Both the position numbers and the translations under genes were made by a program. The notes under the pieces are model-generated. The model saw only the letters and a list, made by a program, of their open reading frames with translations, searched no databases and was not told the DNA's origin. From Octopus vulgaris (lineage: Eukaryota): DNA of 64,000 nucleotides. Of this stretch, positions 62,647-64,000 are shown one piece after another (positions within the stretch are counted from its first letter, which is position 1; the number at the start of each line of letters is the position of its first letter). Location: contig OX597814.1 in assembly GCA_951406725.2 (NCBI GenBank), forward strand, positions 107,136,001-107,200,000. The letters run 5' to 3'.

Positions 62647-63370
62647 TAGGTGTGGCTGTGTGGTAAGAAGCTGGCTCCTCAACCATATGGTCCAAGTTCA
62701 GTCCCACTGTGTGACACCTTGGGGAAGTGTCTTCCACTACAGCCCCAGGCTGGCCAAAGCTTTGGGAGTAGATTTGGTAGATGGGGAAACTGAAAGAAGC
62801 CTGTCATATGTTATATATCGATATGCATGTCTTTATGTCTGTTTGCCCCACACCCAGCCACTTGATAACCGGTGTTGGTGTGTTTAGCGAGCTGGCTAAA
62901 CGTTTCTGCTTGCTTCTCAAACCACAAGGTTCTGGGTTCAGTCCCACTGCGTGGCACCTTGGGCAAGTGCCTTCTATAGCCTTGAGCCAACCAAAGACTT
63001 GTGAATGGATTTGATAGATAGAGCTGGCAGAAACGTTAGCATGCCGGGCGAAATGCTTAGCGGTATTTCGTCTGCGTTACGTTGTGAGTTCAAATTCTGC
63101 CGAAGTCGACTTTGCTTTTCATCCTTTCGGGGTCGATAATTTAAGTACCAGTTACGCACTGGGGTCGATGTAATCGACTTAATACTTATGTCTGTCCTTG
63201 TTTGTCCCCTCTGTGTTTAGCCCCTTGTGGGTAATAAAGAAATAGGTGTTGGTGTGTTTACATCCACTGTAACTTAGCAGTCCAGCAAAAGAGACTGATG
63301 TAATGAGTACTAGGATTTCAAATACTAAAAGAGTAGAGAGGGCTGATTCATTTGGCTAAAATTCTTTTCA
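62647..63370 (+). mobile_element. SINE family C containing a chimeric B/C/B insert (62887-63244)
   Basis: 16-bp duplication GGTGTTGGTGTGTTTA at 62871-86 and 63245-60. Confidence 0.8.
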
Positions 63371-63624
63371 AAGTCCCCCCCACCGACTCCTGCTATTTTG
63401 ATCTCCTTCAACCCTCCCACCCTGTCCACCTCCATCCTCACCCCTGTAATATGCAGAGCCATGAAGCTCTTCTACAGCAAAGAACCTTTGAAACTGTCCA
63501 ACCCATACCAGCAGGGAACATGGGCATTAAATGATGTTTATAATTTATTCAAATATTCGGCAAAACCAGTAGAAATGGCTTCCATGAAATTACTGTTGTC
63601 AACCTTTTGATATGGAAGGATAAA

Positions 63625-64000
63625 ATTCTTTTACTCTTTTACTTGTCTCAGTCATTTGGCTGTGCCATGCTGGAGCAATCACTGTCTTGAAGGGTTTTAG
63701 CCACATGAATTGACCCTGCTATTTATTCATTTTTTTTTTTTTTAAAGCTTGGTACTTATTCAATCAGTCTCTTTTACTGAATAGGGATGTAAATACACCG
63801 ATACCAGTTGCCAAGCAGTGGCTGGGGACACACACACACACACACACACACATCTACGATGGGCTTTTGGTTTCTATCTATCAAATCCATTCACAAGTCT
63901 TTGGTTGGCTCAAGGCTCTAGAAGGCACTTGCCCAAGATGCCACGCAGTGGGACTGAACCCAGAACCTTGTGGTTTGAGAAGCAAGCTTCTTACGCACAC
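63625..64000 (-). mobile_element. SINE family C, diverged, running to the window edge
   Basis: Match to 38125-38595. Confidence 0.8.

Overview
Repeat-dominated, AT-rich animal DNA. The SINE families and extreme microsatellite load suggest a cephalopod, most likely Octopus (inferred from recognition, no database search). Only one host gene is supportable: coding exon 1 of a VAT-1/VAT1L-like quinone oxidoreductase (50586-50797, +), with a CCAAT-type promoter and a first intron running past the window end. The rest is mobile DNA and simple repeats: an R4/Dong-like RLE LINE 3' half; Penelope GIY-YIG, Tx1/L1, mariner and RLE-LINE relics; four abundant SINE-like families (labelled A-D here); Helitron, Helentron, Tc2, Tc1, hAT, piggyBac and foldback MITEs; solo-LTR-like elements; and a 2.2-kb 29-bp minisatellite. 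Nearly all long ORFs in the supplied track are repeat artefacts. The strongest unexplained signal is a set of minimal type I hammerhead ribozyme (HHR) motifs from about four repeat families. One occurs in a non-coding element combining a tRNA-like Pol III head, an HHR tail and a Penelope-style 5' inverted terminal copy (58089-58454; relatives at 55286 and 38882). This is a candidate Penelope-mobilised, ribozyme-bearing SINE. Also notable: H-type pseudoknots predicted in several SINE families, head/tail-swapped SINEs, SINE multimers inside a single target-site duplication (TSD), and two A-depleted islands that read like A-to-G converted microsatellite.
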